DNA of 64,000 nt from Nitrosopumilus sp. (GTDB lineage Archaea > Thermoproteota > Nitrososphaeria > Nitrososphaerales > Nitrosopumilaceae), in assembly GCA_965218785.1 (NCBI GenBank), contig OZ244650.1:992001-1056000 (forward strand). Reading direction: 5' to 3'. How positions within the stretch are numbered: position 1 is the first letter of the stretch; every line of letters starts with the position of its first letter. Shown here in pieces: positions 48,979-58,708 of the stretch. The notes beneath the pieces were generated by a model. It was not told where the DNA came from, made no database searches, and saw only the letters and a program-made list of their open reading frames with translations. The translations under genes and the position numbers were made by a program.

Positions 48979-49200
48979 CTAGGTTTCCAGCTGCTCTAAC
49001 AGTCTTCCGACAATTTTTGCGTTTTCCTTTCTTTCATCGCGAATTTCCTTCAGACGGTTTTCATTTTTACCCTTTGAAAGTATTTCAAAGTATTCCTCAT
49101 CCAAATCATTATTTGCCTGCAGTCTCTTGATCACCTCAAACAGTATTCCAATTACCTGCTTTTGTGCATCAATTAATTCATCCTTGCTACTCTCAGACAT
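48979..49200 (-). CDS. Small helical hypothetical protein
   Basis: 73 aa, overlaps the HD gene stop. Confidence 0.65.
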   Translation of the reverse strand: MSESSKDELIDAQKQVIGILFEVIKRLQANNDLDEEYFEILSKGKNENRLKEIRDERKENAKIVGRLLEQLET

Positions 49201-49735
49201 TTTCTTTCTCCCCGATAATCTTTTTAAATAATTCTTTTAGCCGAGGATCTGTAATCTCTGCTTCGGCAGACTTTAGAAACGGCTCTAATTTTTCTTTTGC
49301 ATGTCCTTCATTTTGATATATTCTGGCCTGAAGTGCCATTTCCAATTTGTCAATCTGATGTACGATTTTTGACTCGGGGGAGGTGTTTTCTTGGTATTCC
49401 CGCCAAATTTGCAGATATTGTGATTTTATCGGGTCTGGCAAATCCGTGATGATTTTATCAAACGCGTTATCCTCCAACCTGTTTTTTTCATTCCTGTCTG
49501 TCTGTTCGGGAGTGTGGTCTCCGATTACTGACTCTGCTAGATCATGTAGCAGCGTCATCTTGAGAATTTTTTCTGTGTTATAGCCAGTCAAATCAGATAT
49601 GAGCATGCCCATTACTGCCATCGAGTAGGAGTGGTCGGCTACGGATTCGGGGTCATCCAGGAATAGCTTGTCGACCCATCCCTGCCGGGGTATCTTTTTC
49701 AAATTGGCCGCAGTTTTTAAAAAATTCAAATCCAT
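49193..49735 (-). CDS. HD-domain phosphohydrolase (YfbR/HDDC2-like)
   Basis: RQGW, ESVADHS, LLHDLAE..GD, DKLEM. Confidence 0.9.
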   Translation of the reverse strand: MDLNFLKTAANLKKIPRQGWVDKLFLDDPESVADHSYSMAVMGMLISDLTGYNTEKILKMTLLHDLAESVIGDHTPEQTDRNEKNRLEDNAFDKIITDLPDPIKSQYLQIWREYQENTSPESKIVHQIDKLEMALQARIYQNEGHAKEKLEPFLKSAEAEITDPRLKELFKKIIGEKENV

Positions 49736-49820
49736 CTTATGCTGTTTTACTGGTATTTTCTCCTAATGAATTTTCATATTACGTTACAAACAACATAATA
49801 GTTGATTTTACAGGGATACT

Positions 49821-50360
49821 ATGATGAAGATTTACACTAAAACCGGCGATGATGGAAATACGGGCCTGCAGGGGAATCTCAGAATAGCAAAATCACACCC
49901 AAGAATCATCTCATATGGCACCGTGGATGAGGCAAACGCCGCACTGGGCGTGGTTCTTGTAAATGTGTTAGATGAGGATTTGACAGCTGTTTTACGGGAC
50001 ATTCAAAACGACCTGTTTCTAGTTGGTGCCGACCTTTCAAACCCGAACCTAAATGACACTAAAAACAGGATTACCCTGGATATGATTACAAAGTTAGAGG
50101 GGCATATTGACAGGTTTGAATCCGAACTCCCGCCCCTGAAAAACTTTATCCTGCCGGGGGGGAACACTGCAGCATCACAGCTGCATCATGTCCGAACCGT
50201 CATACGCAGGGCTGAAACTAGGATTGTCCAACTGAGTGAAAATGACGAAATCAACTTGAACTGCATCAAATATGTCAACAGGCTATCTGATCTGTTTTTC
50301 GTTATGGGCCGCCTGATAAACAAAAGAGACGGCATAGAGGACATATTGTGGACGCCGTAA
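49821..50360 (+). CDS. pduO: ATP:cob(I)alamin adenosyltransferase, PduO type
   Basis: KIYTKTGDDG, YGTVDE, FILPGG, RRAE, NRLSD. Confidence 0.93.
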   Translation: MMKIYTKTGDDGNTGLQGNLRIAKSHPRIISYGTVDEANAALGVVLVNVLDEDLTAVLRDIQNDLFLVGADLSNPNLNDTKNRITLDMITKLEGHIDRFESELPPLKNFILPGGNTAASQLHHVRTVIRRAETRIVQLSENDEINLNCIKYVNRLSDLFFVMGRLINKRDGIEDILWTP

Positions 50361-50469
50361 ACTGCGGATATTCTGTGTTGGACGTGGTGTATTCTGGTGA
50401 ACTGATTACCAAAATGTATCAGAGCCAAAAGCTTGAAGGGCATACATTGATCCTGCAACCGGTAAGGAT

Positions 50470-50793
50470 ATGACATCTTCGATGCAGATCACAGAAAAGT
50501 GATGCTTAAGAAATATGATAACGGGAAAAATCCATTGTTCGTTATCGGTACGACCAACCATAGGGTGTGCCAGCTAACGAATTCATTCTGCATATGAAGA
50601 GGTTCAAGGCGATGACAAACACACATTCTTGGTGCTTGGGAAGATGATGGTTTTACGTATATCGATACGGCATCCTGTCAATCATGGAACCTCAGACAAA
50701 GATGCTGAAAAACTTGGGCTGCACTATGCACAGGAATCATACATACGGATTGACCAAAGTGGAAAAACAGATTTCATGCCCGAGTCTGATTAA
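50470..50793 (+). pseudogene. Frameshifted gene with LGAWEDDGFTYID...AEKLGLHYAQESYIRID motifs
   Basis: Protein-like segments joined by several frameshifts. Confidence 0.5.
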
Positions 50794-50810
50794 AATTTTA
50801 TAAAAGGCAT

Positions 50811-51047
50811 GTGGGCATATCTGACATGGTTGAAGAAATAACAAAGATTGGCAAGGATGGCGCAACGCTATACAAGAATACGTTTAGCACATGCACTAAC
50901 GAATGGATCGATCTTGGCATATTACTAACAGGGCTGCCACATGGTGCATTCAAGCTAGCACATCTTCCTCTAGGTCTCAAGGCAGAATATGACGTCTGGG
51001 ATAAAAAACGCCGGGCAGAGATAGCAGCATCCAACGGCGAAGAATGA
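50811..51047 (+). CDS. Hypothetical protein
   Basis: 78-aa ORF following the pseudogene, inside the direct repeats. Confidence 0.5.
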   Translation: MGISDMVEEITKIGKDGATLYKNTFSTCTNEWIDLGILLTGLPHGAFKLAHLPLGLKAEYDVWDKKRRAEIAASNGEE

Positions 51048-51325
51048 ACTGTTTATACTGCAGTTGCCACCTTTATCCAAATCAGGATCCGATTATTTGC
51101 CTGGTCTGATCATGAGCAGGCTGCCAAAAGGCGGCGTGGCGTATTCCTGTGATCTGATCACCAAAATGCATCAGAGCCGTTTTGCCCATGAATTATTTCG
51201 TGATGAAATTCAGAATTACTTTGTGTCTTTGCCCGTATGACCGGATCACATGTGAATAAAAGATTGAGGATAATATCAATAAAAAGACAGGTTTTAATGC
51301 CTCAACCGGATTTATTTTTCCAAGT

Positions 51326-51399
51326 GCCGTGGTAGCTCAGCCTGGGAGAGCACTCGGCTGAAGACCGGGCTGTCGCGCGTTCAAATCCCGCCCGCGGCA
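51326..51399 (+). tRNA. tRNA-Phe(GAA)
   Basis: GCCGTGG/CCGCGGC acceptor stem, CTCGG-CTGAAGA-CCGGG anticodon arm, TTCAAAT loop. Confidence 0.95.
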
Positions 51400-51473
51400 C
51401 TGTTATTACCTTATGCGTGCCTGTAGATTGCCTGTTTAAATGAATGGGGGATCTTTAGAGTATATTATTGCCG

Positions 51474-52562
51474 TTAACACCCATATTTTTTGGCCCATGG
51501 CTCGTCTTGAAACTCACTTTGAGTGCAGTAATACGTGTTAATTTCCCCAAATCCCTCTTCCAGGATTTTTTCATTAAGTAACGTATCCTGACAGAACACC
51601 TTTCCAATCATCCTTCCATAACTTCCTTCAGTCTGTCCGTCATCCTCATCAACTAAGGCATGGGATCCTACAGGACAGACCTCCTCTACAAACTTTTTTG
51701 CTTTAATCCCCTCCAGAAGATCCAGTTCCGGAGTAGAAGTTAACGCCAATCTGACCCTTGTCCCCTCGACATCAATCGTGTCGCCATCAACTATACGGGT
51801 AATTCTTCCTTTCAGACATGATGCATTTCCGGAACAGTCCGCGTCATTTACGATGTTGCATCCGCCATTAATGTCACATCCTGATTGCAGTTGTGCCGTA
51901 TGTACTACATACCTGATATCAAGTGGAATATCCCCTGTGATCTGTCGTATCTCATCATCTATATCCTGTGCAGCGTAGATATCAATATACACAGATAACT
52001 TTCCAGTGGATGTAGATATGCCCAACTCAACCCATGGGATGTTACTTTCTAGCAATCTTTGTTGTGCAGCCTCCATCTTTTTTCTTACATCTGGATCTAT
52101 GTATGTATCGGGACCTTTGGGAACTAACGCATCTAGTTCTTCCACCGCAGCGGTTCTTTGCACGGTCTCCTCTTGGGTGTATCTGTATCCGGCATAACTT
52201 TCGTTGTTTAGCTGCTTCCTTTTTGTAGCCTCTCCGTTGATTTTACGTATTATATCGGAAAGTTCGGCGATCCGTTTACGATCATCGTTTGTAATAACTG
52301 ACATCCAGTCTGGTTCATACTCTTGTGCCATCTCCCGGGCAAGATTGTCTAACCGTACTTTTTCCTCATCAGATATCACCGGACCATCTCTGATATCTGG
52401 CCTACCGTATGACCCATACAACATCTTCATTAGTCCGTCAAGTATCTCCGGAGGATCGGATTCAATAGTTTGAATGCTGAGAGCTACGGATGCTGCTCCT
52501 ATCACCAATGCCGTCACAAGTGCAAATACAAGCCAAATTTTTCGGTCCTTCATGTTGATCAT
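51474..52562 (-). CDS. Secreted protein with a C-terminal thermonuclease (SNase) domain
   Basis: N-terminal signal/TM; RIVDGDTI...VRL..TPE, YGR, LNE..L..G. Confidence 0.85.
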   Translation of the reverse strand: MINMKDRKIWLVFALVTALVIGAASVALSIQTIESDPPEILDGLMKMLYGSYGRPDIRDGPVISDEEKVRLDNLAREMAQEYEPDWMSVITNDDRKRIAELSDIIRKINGEATKRKQLNNESYAGYRYTQEETVQRTAAVEELDALVPKGPDTYIDPDVRKKMEAAQQRLLESNIPWVELGISTSTGKLSVYIDIYAAQDIDDEIRQITGDIPLDIRYVVHTAQLQSGCDINGGCNIVNDADCSGNASCLKGRITRIVDGDTIDVEGTRVRLALTSTPELDLLEGIKAKKFVEEVCPVGSHALVDEDDGQTEGSYGRMIGKVFCQDTLLNEKILEEGFGEINTYYCTQSEFQDEPWAKKYGC

Positions 52563-52608
52563 TTTTGTTATAATTATGTTAGTCTTGCCTAATACAGATT
52601 ACTATCTA

Positions 52609-52840
52609 AAGTTCCGATTGTGATCTATTCTGAATAAAATCATGCCGTAAATTCAATTTTTTCAACATTATGATTGTGTGCCCAGTCATTTATGAACGAC
52701 CAAAGACGACTTTGTTGAAAATTGGGAGATGGCAGATAAAACAGATGTCATGCGTGAAACGTTACAGTAAGCGGTATTTCCCACTTTAAGAATCATTTAT
52801 GCTCCGAAGCATCTGCCTGCAAAATACGATATATGCGATC
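52609..52840 (+). mobile_element. ISH3-like left-end remnant
   Basis: Begins AAGTTCCGATTGTG, matching the TIR at 30354. Confidence 0.5.
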
Positions 52841-52952
52841 AAAAAACCGCCCAAAAGGATGAATGCAGAGGCAGGCAGATAATCCCATATATTAAAAGAA
52901 AGAATTCTACATAATCTTTAAAAACTACTCTAACTTTTGATTTTCGACATTC

Positions 52953-53180
52953 ATGGAAGTAGCAAAAAAGGTAAAGAAAGACACGAAAAAACAGTCTGCA
53001 AAGAAGGCAGTGTCCAAGGCAAAAAAGTCAGCAAAAGCCAAAAGTAAAAAAAGCCTGAATGAACCATTTGATGATGGTATAGTCATAGTTGATGAGGATA
53101 TCGAGATCGACAGGGAAAAGGTCAACGAAGAACGAAGGGCATACCTAGAAGAGGCCAGATCGCAGGAAGCATCAGACTAA
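52953..53180 (+). CDS. Small Lys-rich/acidic hypothetical protein
   Basis: 75 aa, basic N-half and acidic C-half. Confidence 0.7.
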   Translation: MEVAKKVKKDTKKQSAKKAVSKAKKSAKAKSKKSLNEPFDDGIVIVDEDIEIDREKVNEERRAYLEEARSQEASD

Positions 53181-53212
53181 ATCTTTATCAGATTCGACTA
53201 CGTACACTATTC

Positions 53213-53452
53213 ATGCGCGCATTGTGTCTAATCATGGTAAAACCGGGAATGGTTGATTCTGTAGTCCTGGTTTTAAAGAAAAAGCGCAAAGTGGTAAAAC
53301 AGGTCATGGTAGTCACCGGAAGAGCCGATATCAGCGTGATTTTACAGGGAAATATTGACGAGCTTAACGGAATGGTGATTGATTTTAAAAGAATCAAGGA
53401 TATTGTCGCCACTGAGACGCTAATTGAGGTGGAGGTAAATTTAGGATGGTAA
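53213..53452 (+). CDS. Lrp/AsnC ligand-binding domain protein
   Basis: VVTGRADI ... TETLI RAM-domain pattern. Confidence 0.82.
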   Translation: MRALCLIMVKPGMVDSVVLVLKKKRKVVKQVMVVTGRADISVILQGNIDELNGMVIDFKRIKDIVATETLIEVEVNLGW

Positions 53453-53664
53453 GGGCCATAATTTTGGTAAAATCCCCAAAAAAACTCATAGCTGCACGAC
53501 TGCGAAAAATCTCTACGATCTCGGATTCTTTTCCTACAAGCGGACAGTTTGACGCGATTGCGATAATTGATGTCGAAGAATTAACCCAGATAAAGGAAGT
53601 CGTCAATCAGATCCAAAAAATCAACGGCGTGGAGAGGACCGAGACCATGGTCGAGGTTCAATGA
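53446..53664 (+). CDS. Lrp/AsnC ligand-binding domain protein
   Basis: TSGQFDAI ... INGVERTET. Confidence 0.85.
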   Translation: MVRAIILVKSPKKLIAARLRKISTISDSFPTSGQFDAIAIIDVEELTQIKEVVNQIQKINGVERTETMVEVQ

Positions 53665-53700
53665 CAATGGATTTTTAAAGAACTTCGAGATAGAACTGGT

Positions 53701-54114
53701 ATGAACATCAAAAAAGTCGGGAATGTGATTCTAGCCGTCAAAGATATAGACAAGTCCATCGAGTTTTATCACGATATTATCGGTCTGCCAATTAAAAATC
53801 AAAGACGTTCTTGGGTGGATTTGGGCACATCTGGCGCATTGCTGAGCTTGCATCCGGCATCACTGACTGCACAGCACATCGGCAGTTCGATTGAAAACGG
53901 CATTACCATAGGATTTCTTGTAGGCGATGTAAAGTCTGCCGTAGAAGAGTTGCGTGGAAAGGGCGTAAAGATTTATCGGGACATAATCGACAAGGATGCA
54001 GGAAAGAACGCAGTCATTTTGGATCCTGACGAATATCTGATCTCCCTATTCGAGCCAATCTTTGATGATCGTGTACAGCAGACGGGCGGATACCAGGGAT
54101 TTACGCCGGCCTAG
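53701..54114 (+). CDS. VOC/glyoxalase family protein
   Basis: LAVKDIDKSIEFYHDIIGL, F.V.DV......L..KGV, DPD. Confidence 0.9.
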   Translation: MNIKKVGNVILAVKDIDKSIEFYHDIIGLPIKNQRRSWVDLGTSGALLSLHPASLTAQHIGSSIENGITIGFLVGDVKSAVEELRGKGVKIYRDIIDKDAGKNAVILDPDEYLISLFEPIFDDRVQQTGGYQGFTPA

Positions 54115-54503
54115 ATCTTCTTTTTTATAATCGCTATAATTTTTTTAACATTTTTTTCTTTTTGGTCTATGGAGACATAGTATGTCCTGTCGTTTTTTTG
54201 CAAGAGAACGATTGTTATTTTCTGATGTTGTAAAATTACGTGCTCCAATCTTCCAACCGTGCTGCTGGTATTTTTTCGCAAGGACATCAAAGTGGAAATT
54301 ATAAAAAACTCGTTTTTAACTTGATCTGATTTTAACAGCGGTTTTAGGGTTGGCCTGACTATTCCGGTAAGCGTCCTTCCATACTCGTTTATGACTCCGA
54401 CGTATCGAATACTGTCTGATGTTTTTAGGATGCCCTGACACTGTTTCTTGTATTTTATAATCTCGCTCTTCCATCTGTCTGCGGGGGTTTTTACCATGCT
54501 CAA
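54111..54503 (-). CDS. Roadblock/profilin-like (DUF6659-type) protein
   Basis: IRYVGVINEYGR...G..R....PLL pattern. Confidence 0.65.
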   Translation of the reverse strand: MSMVKTPADRWKSEIIKYKKQCQGILKTSDSIRYVGVINEYGRTLTGIVRPTLKPLLKSDQVKNEFFIISTLMSLRKNTSSTVGRLEHVILQHQKITIVLLQKNDRTYYVSIDQKEKNVKKIIAIIKKKI

Positions 54504-54557
54504 AGTTGTTTTTGGAAATTAATAAGGATTCTTGTAACTTTTAAACGACTCGTGAAG

Positions 54558-54938
54558 CTACATGCCGGATTTGGCGGGGTTTTCTCTCTCCAGCCTCTTT
54601 TTTAACCCCAGATTCTCTTTTAACAGCTTGTCATTCTCAGCTTGAAGCGTTTGAACGGAGTTTTGTTTGTTGTACAGCGGATGTCCGGGTGGAATGACTG
54701 TAGAGTTCATAGATAACAGTCCTGATGCATGCTGCCGATACATCCGTTGAAAGCCCTCTAGTTTTTGATTCATAGATGAGGCATCCTGTAAAAACTGCTC
54801 CTTTGCAGGATTTTCATGTATTTTGAACATTGGATGTGTCAGTCCTGGTGGCAGTCTTGGAAAGCGTAATGCAAGATGAGGAATGTCGGGGTTTAGCCCA
54901 TAAAGATCCTGCAGATGCCTTATCAGGGAATTATCCAT
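54558..54938 (-). CDS. Hypothetical protein with a C-terminal coiled coil
   Basis: 126 aa; LQAENDKLLKENLGLKKRL. Confidence 0.6.
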   Translation of the reverse strand: MDNSLIRHLQDLYGLNPDIPHLALRFPRLPPGLTHPMFKIHENPAKEQFLQDASSMNQKLEGFQRMYRQHASGLLSMNSTVIPPGHPLYNKQNSVQTLQAENDKLLKENLGLKKRLERENPAKSGM

Positions 54939-55076
54939 GAAAAGAGGTGCAAATTTGGTCTATTTCTGCTTTGCTTTAGGCATTTGATATACTGCTTGGT
55001 TAAAACCCAGTCGTTTTAACTCAATTTGAGCTGATCGCAGATCCTTATAATTTCCCGATTTTGATCGCAGATACAC

Positions 55077-55223
55077 ATGACCGAATTAAAAAAGACATGT
55101 CTCAGATGCAAAAAAGACATTCAGGAAGAGGAACTTCATAAGATCGTAATATATGTCGTTCAGGAAAAATTCACCGAACATCATTATGAGCATGTCGAGT
55201 GTCCAGACAAATTTACTGTTTGA
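55077..55223 (+). CDS. 48-aa Zn-finger-like protein, not in the ORF track
   Basis: MTELKKTCLRCKKDI...YEHVECPDKFTV; CxxC plus HxxC; TTATAA upstream. Confidence 0.65.
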   Translation: MTELKKTCLRCKKDIQEEELHKIVIYVVQEKFTEHHYEHVECPDKFTV

Positions 55224-55380
55224 CTGATTTTATCCTGAACTGATGTCATCATAACTGCTGCGAAATTCCCGATGCGCGCAAATGTGGTTTGCAGATGGTT
55301 GCATCTGACACCATACATGACAGACAGGATTTCATCATGAATTCAGAAAACCGATCCGATAAACTACAGCAGCGGTTTTG

Positions 55381-56190
55381 TTACCCGTTGTGTTCAAATA
55401 CCTTGTAAATCTCACCAGTCAGCCGAGAACGGAATTTCCACTCGTCTTTCTTCCAGAGAATCGGTGTAAATTCCTTCTGTAGATCCTGGTGCAGCCTTTC
55501 ACGTACGTCACTTCCAATCAGAATCTGGTTTGGCTTTGCCATGTTTTGAATTTTTGCTGCAATGTTTATCGTCGGACCCATCAAATCCACGTGTGAGTGT
55601 TCTACATCCGCACCGTATCTTACCACGATGTTCTGTCCAAAATCAGCGCCTATCTTTACCATCAAATCCGGATAATCATACTGGTTTAGAATCGGATTGA
55701 TTCCCTTTTGAATTACTGAGATCATGGATTTTGCACAGTTTACCGCATTGTCTGCTGTCATCGACCCGTTTTTTTCTGCAATAAAATAACCGATCACGGC
55801 ATCCCCTACAAATTTTAATACGTACCCACGGTGCTGTCTGATTACCGTGGCCATCTCCTGAGAAAACGAACTGATAATTATCGCAATTTTCTCTGCCGGC
55901 ATCTCCAATGTCATGGTAGTTGATCCGACCAAATCCACATAAAGTACGGCCATCTCTAATTTTGAAAATACGTTCTTTCTTAGATACTGATCAGACTCGT
56001 CAACTATTCCGGAATATTCGTATCCCTTTTTGAGGGCCCCCCAGACTCGTTTTTGCGTTTCTAAAATCATGGATTCAGAATCCAATACCTGCCCATCGTT
56101 TTTGCTAAGAAGCATGTCCACCACGTTGTTTCCGTCTGATTTTTCTGACGGTTCAGAGTCATTTTTTGGGATACTGTCGTTTTCGGCCAT
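55381..56190 (-). CDS. Class III adenylate/guanylate cyclase
   Basis: VLYVDLVGST, LKFVGDAV, DLMGPTINIAAKIQ. Confidence 0.92.
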   Translation of the reverse strand: MAENDSIPKNDSEPSEKSDGNNVVDMLLSKNDGQVLDSESMILETQKRVWGALKKGYEYSGIVDESDQYLRKNVFSKLEMAVLYVDLVGSTTMTLEMPAEKIAIIISSFSQEMATVIRQHRGYVLKFVGDAVIGYFIAEKNGSMTADNAVNCAKSMISVIQKGINPILNQYDYPDLMVKIGADFGQNIVVRYGADVEHSHVDLMGPTINIAAKIQNMAKPNQILIGSDVRERLHQDLQKEFTPILWKKDEWKFRSRLTGEIYKVFEHNG

Positions 56191-56200
56191 TATTTCCCCC

Positions 56201-56323
56201 TCATTCTAGCGGAAAGTCGACCCCGCAGCGCGTGCACCTTCCCCTGGTTCCCCTGTATTTTTCATTGTAATATTCCATGATTTCGACATCGCAGTTGTCG
56301 CAAAAAATTTTAGATTTCTCCAT
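56201..56323 (-). CDS. 40-aa Zn-ribbon protein upstream of the cyclase, not in the ORF track
   Basis: MEKSKIFCDNCDV...RGRCTRCGVDFPLE. Confidence 0.7.
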   Translation of the reverse strand: MEKSKIFCDNCDVEIMEYYNEKYRGTRGRCTRCGVDFPLE

Positions 56324-56394
56324 GCCTAGAATTGTGTTTTTGTGTATTTAGATATTGATGAAGGTTTAATGCGAGCCGAAATTTGCTATTTCTT

Positions 56395-57234
56395 GTGCGA
56401 TTAGGTGCTAGATCCCCCAATGAGTTCATTCAGGAATTGAACAAAAAAAACGGGGATATTCAGGATTCCTTTCTCTCAAAAATGACAGATCTGACAAAAA
56501 TGACGGAAACCAAGGTGATGATGGGGGATTCAACGGTGACAGAACAGAAAACCTTTGATCCAAAATGTGTATCAGACTATTTTCAAAAAATATGCGGTTA
56601 TCTCAGTGACTGGTCCGTACAGGACGTTTCAATCTCAAATAATGAAGACATTCGAAGAATTTTCACAAAGTTTGAGATGATGGAGGGAAACTATCTGCTG
56701 TCCGGACATATCTCCATACAATTTCACGTACTGCTGTACTACAAGCCCATCCGGCGCGTACTTGACTGCCAGCAGGAATTGGCAGAGATTGTTGATACGA
56801 CAAAAACCAGCGAGCGGCAGCTTTCTGATAACAGTGATCAGTTCGTCCTTGACAAGCTAAAGGAGATGGGATACAAAGACTTTGATCATCAAAAATTATT
56901 TGAGGTCTTTTATGAGAATGACGAATTTAGAGAAAAAATCTACGCCGAAATTCAAAAAGATGCTGGGACAGACCACAAGGAGTTATCTGAAAGAAAGACA
57001 AAGTTGTTTGACGAACTCGATTCGCTTTTAGTTGAAACTTATCAAACGACTCCCGTACTAATTGACGATAGCAAGTTGATTACCGGCGAGGAAGGCTGTC
57101 TGTGCACGTTTGATTTGGAGTTTCTCAAGAATAAAAATAAAGAGGGGCTCTTTGATCCGCGGAAAATACCGGACTCTGTCAGGGCGGGGATCGTACAAAG
57201 ACTGGATGAATTTGAAAAGATAGTCAATTCATAA
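56395..57234 (+). CDS. Conserved hypothetical protein
   Basis: About 280-aa acidic ORF; likely GTG start. Confidence 0.75.
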   Translation: MRLGARSPNEFIQELNKKNGDIQDSFLSKMTDLTKMTETKVMMGDSTVTEQKTFDPKCVSDYFQKICGYLSDWSVQDVSISNNEDIRRIFTKFEMMEGNYLLSGHISIQFHVLLYYKPIRRVLDCQQELAEIVDTTKTSERQLSDNSDQFVLDKLKEMGYKDFDHQKLFEVFYENDEFREKIYAEIQKDAGTDHKELSERKTKLFDELDSLLVETYQTTPVLIDDSKLITGEEGCLCTFDLEFLKNKNKEGLFDPRKIPDSVRAGIVQRLDEFEKIVNS

Positions 57235-57497
57235 GCCAATCAGAATCAATGGAATTGCTGTTCTCTTCTTCTTCTCCTCCTTTATGGAGTCAAGTTAAAA
57301 CAAGACGAAAGAATCTGAAGGCAGTGTGAATAAGAGAATGTTTGGGAGATGTAAAACCATTGAAAGATGCAGTAATACCATATCCGTACACAGACGCACC
57401 AGAATCACAGAATCGCGCTTTTACGCATAAAATCTGACTGGAAAACGGTTTTTGTATAGAAGAAGTCAAATACTGCATATGACTAGCAACATTTCCG

Positions 57498-58706
57498 ATG
57501 AATCTGCCATATGATGAGATAATAAAAGCAAGCAAAATGCGCGGGGGCGGGATAAAAAAAACACCCCTGATACATTCGCCTACGTTTAGTAATCTTACGG
57601 GTTCGGATGTATATCTAAAGGCAGAGTTCAGACAAAAAACCGGCTCTTTTAAAATTCGCGGGGCGTATTACAAGATAAAATCATTATCTGATGAAGAAAA
57701 AAAACACGGTGTTGTTGCGGCCTCTGCAGGCAATCACGCGCAGGGCGTCGCATTTGCGTCCTCCCTGGAAAAAATTCCCTGCACGATTGTAATGCCAAAA
57801 AACGCATCACCTGCAAAGGTGGCGGCAACCAGGGGATACGGTGCAGATGTCGTACTTGCGGGAATAAACTATGACGAATCCTCTGCCAAGGCAAAGGAGA
57901 TTGCCGATGATACGGGGGCCACGCTGATACATGCCTTTGATGATCCACAAATCATAGCAGCCCAGGGCGTAATCGGACTTGAAATCCTGGAGGACCTGCC
58001 GGATGTTGATGAAATCTATCTTCCCATAGGCGGCGGCGGACTGGCTGCTGGAATCCTGACTGCGATAAAGGAGACACACCCGGACATCAAAGTTGTAGGT
58101 GTTCAATCACGTTCATTTCCGTCCATGTATGAATCAGTAAAACAAAACTCGCTAACTCCGGCAGGAGGCGAGCGGACGATTGCAGATGGAATTTCCGTGA
58201 GGTGCCCAGGAGAGATGACATTTGAGATAATCCGCAAGCTAATAGATGAGATCGTTCTAGTTGATGATACTGAAATTACAAAGGCGATGTTTCTGTTGAT
58301 GGAGCGAATGAAATTCGTAGTAGAGCCTGCCGGGGCTGCAAGTCTGGCCTATCTGATTTCAAAAAAGCCCGCCGCTGGAAAAAAAATAGTGGCGGTTTTG
58401 GCGGGAGGTAACGTGGATATGTACCTGCTGGGGCAGATAGTAGACAAGGGTCTTGCAGCGATGGGCCGTTTGCTGAAACTGTCGATATTACTGCCTGACA
58501 GACCAGGTGCATTCAAGGAGATCGTCGATGAGATAACACTGGCCAACGCAAACATCGTTGAGGTGGTCCATGACAGGCTGAGTTCGAATATCAACGCAGG
58601 TTCTGCCGGCGTGACTCTGAGCCTGGAAACTCAGGGCAAACAACAAACCGAATTCTTGATTGAAAAATTACGAAAAAAGAACATATCGTTTACCCTGCTG
58701 ACTTGA
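57498..58706 (+). CDS. ilvA: Threonine ammonia-lyase with an ACT domain
   Basis: TGSFKIRGA, SAGNHAQG, GGGGL, EPAGA, PDRPG. Confidence 0.94.
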   Translation: MNLPYDEIIKASKMRGGGIKKTPLIHSPTFSNLTGSDVYLKAEFRQKTGSFKIRGAYYKIKSLSDEEKKHGVVAASAGNHAQGVAFASSLEKIPCTIVMPKNASPAKVAATRGYGADVVLAGINYDESSAKAKEIADDTGATLIHAFDDPQIIAAQGVIGLEILEDLPDVDEIYLPIGGGGLAAGILTAIKETHPDIKVVGVQSRSFPSMYESVKQNSLTPAGGERTIADGISVRCPGEMTFEIIRKLIDEIVLVDDTEITKAMFLLMERMKFVVEPAGAASLAYLISKKPAAGKKIVAVLAGGNVDMYLLGQIVDKGLAAMGRLLKLSILLPDRPGAFKEIVDEITLANANIVEVVHDRLSSNINAGSAGVTLSLETQGKQQTEFLIEKLRKKNISFTLLT

Positions 58707-58708
58707 TT

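Larger units (their letters stand above)
50383..51178 (+). repeat. 44-bp imperfect direct repeats (50383-50426 and 51135-51178)
   Basis: cgtggtgtattctggtgaactgattaccaaaatgtatcagagcc vs cgtggcgtattcctgtgatctgatcaccaaaatgcatcagagcc (38/44 identical). Confidence 0.75.
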
